Of a stretch of DNA of 64,000 nucleotides, positions 62,498 through 64,000 are shown one piece after another (position 1 is the first letter of the stretch; each line of letters begins with the position of its first letter). A program made the translations under genes and the position numbers. This stretch comes from an uncultured archaeon (GTDB lineage: Archaea > Thermoproteota > Bathyarchaeia > Bathyarchaeales > Bathycorpusculaceae). The stretch covers positions 96,001 to 160,000 of the forward strand of contig CAWALK010000023.1 in the NCBI GenBank assembly GCA_963782915.1, given 5' to 3'. The notes below the pieces were generated by a model. It saw only the letters and a list, made by a program, of their open reading frames with translations, was not told the origin of the DNA and made no database searches.

Positions 62498-64000
62498 ATG
62501 AATCCCTACCTTGAAGCATTACAACAAAAACTAAGCGCAGCAGACTTCAAAAAACTCTCTGCAATAGATAACCCCAACGTGCATGAGTTTATCGCAAAAG
62601 AAAGCGACCTATGCCATCCCGAAAAAATCTTTATTTGCAGCGACTCCGCCGAAGACATCGCCTTTGTAAGGAAACAGGCGATTGCCAGCGGCGAAGAAAA
62701 TGCAACTCTAACCTTGGAAGGTCACACCTTTCATTTTGACGGTGAACAAGACCAAGGCAGAGACCGTGCAAACACTAAATACCTTGTCCCCAAAGGCGTA
62801 ACTTTTAGCAAAGCACTCAACCAAATGGACCGCCAAGAAGGCTTAGCTGAAGTCCGCGGTAAAATGCATGGTATCATGGCGGGTAAAACCATGATTGTCC
62901 GCTTCATCGCTCTCGGACCAAAAGACAGTATTTTCACGATTTTAGGCATTCAATGCACCGATTCTTGGTATGTTTCCCACTCAGAAGACTTGCTCTACCG
63001 AGCCGGTTACGAGCAATTCGTCAAAGTAGGACCAAAAAGCGATTTCCTACGCGTCATCCACTCTGCCGGTAAACTAAACGGCGACATGGTCAGCGTCGAT
63101 TACAAGGACAAACGCATCTACATCGACCACATGGACAACACCATCTACAGCATCAACACCCAATACGCAGGCAACTCAGTGGGCTTCAAGAAACTTGCGT
63201 TCCGCTTAGCTATCCGAAAAGCCAGCAGTGAAGGTTGGCTAGCAGAACACATGCTGCTCATGGGCGTCTACGGTCCAGATGGAAAACGCAAAACCTACTT
63301 TGCAGGAGCATTCCCAAGCGCATGCGGCAAAACCTCAACAGCCATGCTGCCAGGCGAAACCATCCTTGGCGACGACATCGCATACATCCGAGATGTCAAC
63401 TCTACCGCACGTGCAGTAAACGTTGAATCAGGGATTTTTGGCATCATTCAAGATGTCAAAGCCAAAGACGACGCTCTAATCTGGAAAGTGCTCACTAACC
63501 CAGGCGAAATCGTCTTCAGCAACATCCTAGTCAAAGATGGGCGACCATACTGGCTTGGAATGGGCGAAGAACTACCTAAAGAAGGCCTAAACTACACTGG
63601 CCTATGGTATGAAGGTAAAAAAGACGAAGCAGGCAACGACATCCCCGCAGCAAACAAAAACGCTCGTTACGCAGTAGCACTTAAAGCAATGGAAAACGTT
63701 GACCCCGAACTCAACAACCCCGCAGGAGTAGAACTCGGCGGCATCATGTACGGCGGACGAGACGCAAAAGCCTACGTTCCAGTACAGCAAAGCTTCAGCT
63801 GGGAACACGGCATCATTGCATACGGCGCATCCTTAGAAACCGAAACAACATTTGCAACCATCGGCAAAGAAGGCGTACCCGAAATCAACATGATGAGCAT
63901 CCAAGACTTCATCATCCATTCCAATGGGCAAGAACGTTAACAACAACTTGGAATTCGGACGCAAACTCAAAAAGCAACCCATCGTTTTCGGCGTAAACTA
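62498..64000 (+). CDS. pckG: GTP-dependent phosphoenolpyruvate carboxykinase (runs off window; indel near 63920)
   Basis: YAGN, KK.A.R, WLAEHM, AFPSACGKT, GDDIA, N.E.G.FG, NARY, YGGR. Confidence 0.95.

Overview
Archaeal chromosomal segment. Archaeal markers include pantoate kinase, archaeal-type AsnA, geranylgeranyl reductase, TrmB/NikR/Lrp regulators, a class III signal-peptide pilin and DinB with a PIP box. The large PQQ-like beta-propeller surface protein and overall gene style suggest Bathyarchaeia, which is an inference. Many genes, including essential valS, are broken by single-base indels, best read as long-read assembly errors. Main points: (1) a canonical hgcA-hgcB mercury-methylation pair inside an arsenic-type cluster (ArsN2, ArsD-like, ArsA, PadR fusion), with a divergent TrmB regulator that has a hidden Cys-rich tail and a palindromic operator; (2) a four-gene cluster with a ~900-aa tubulin/FtsZ-family GTPase carrying a long helical insert, a degenerate CetZ-like paralog and two membrane proteins; (3) a TPP riboswitch ahead of thiT; (4) a diverged direct duplication of the dinB 3' end flanking an inserted gene, plus a palindrome array and an unannotated Zn-finger microprotein upstream of the radical SAM-dinB operon; (5) a family of dispersed non-coding repeat modules. 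The rest is housekeeping or metabolic (valS, metG, nadX, CoA genes, pckG, asnA, glycosyltransferases, a GH5 glycoside hydrolase). No CRISPR array, rRNA or tRNA was recognised.
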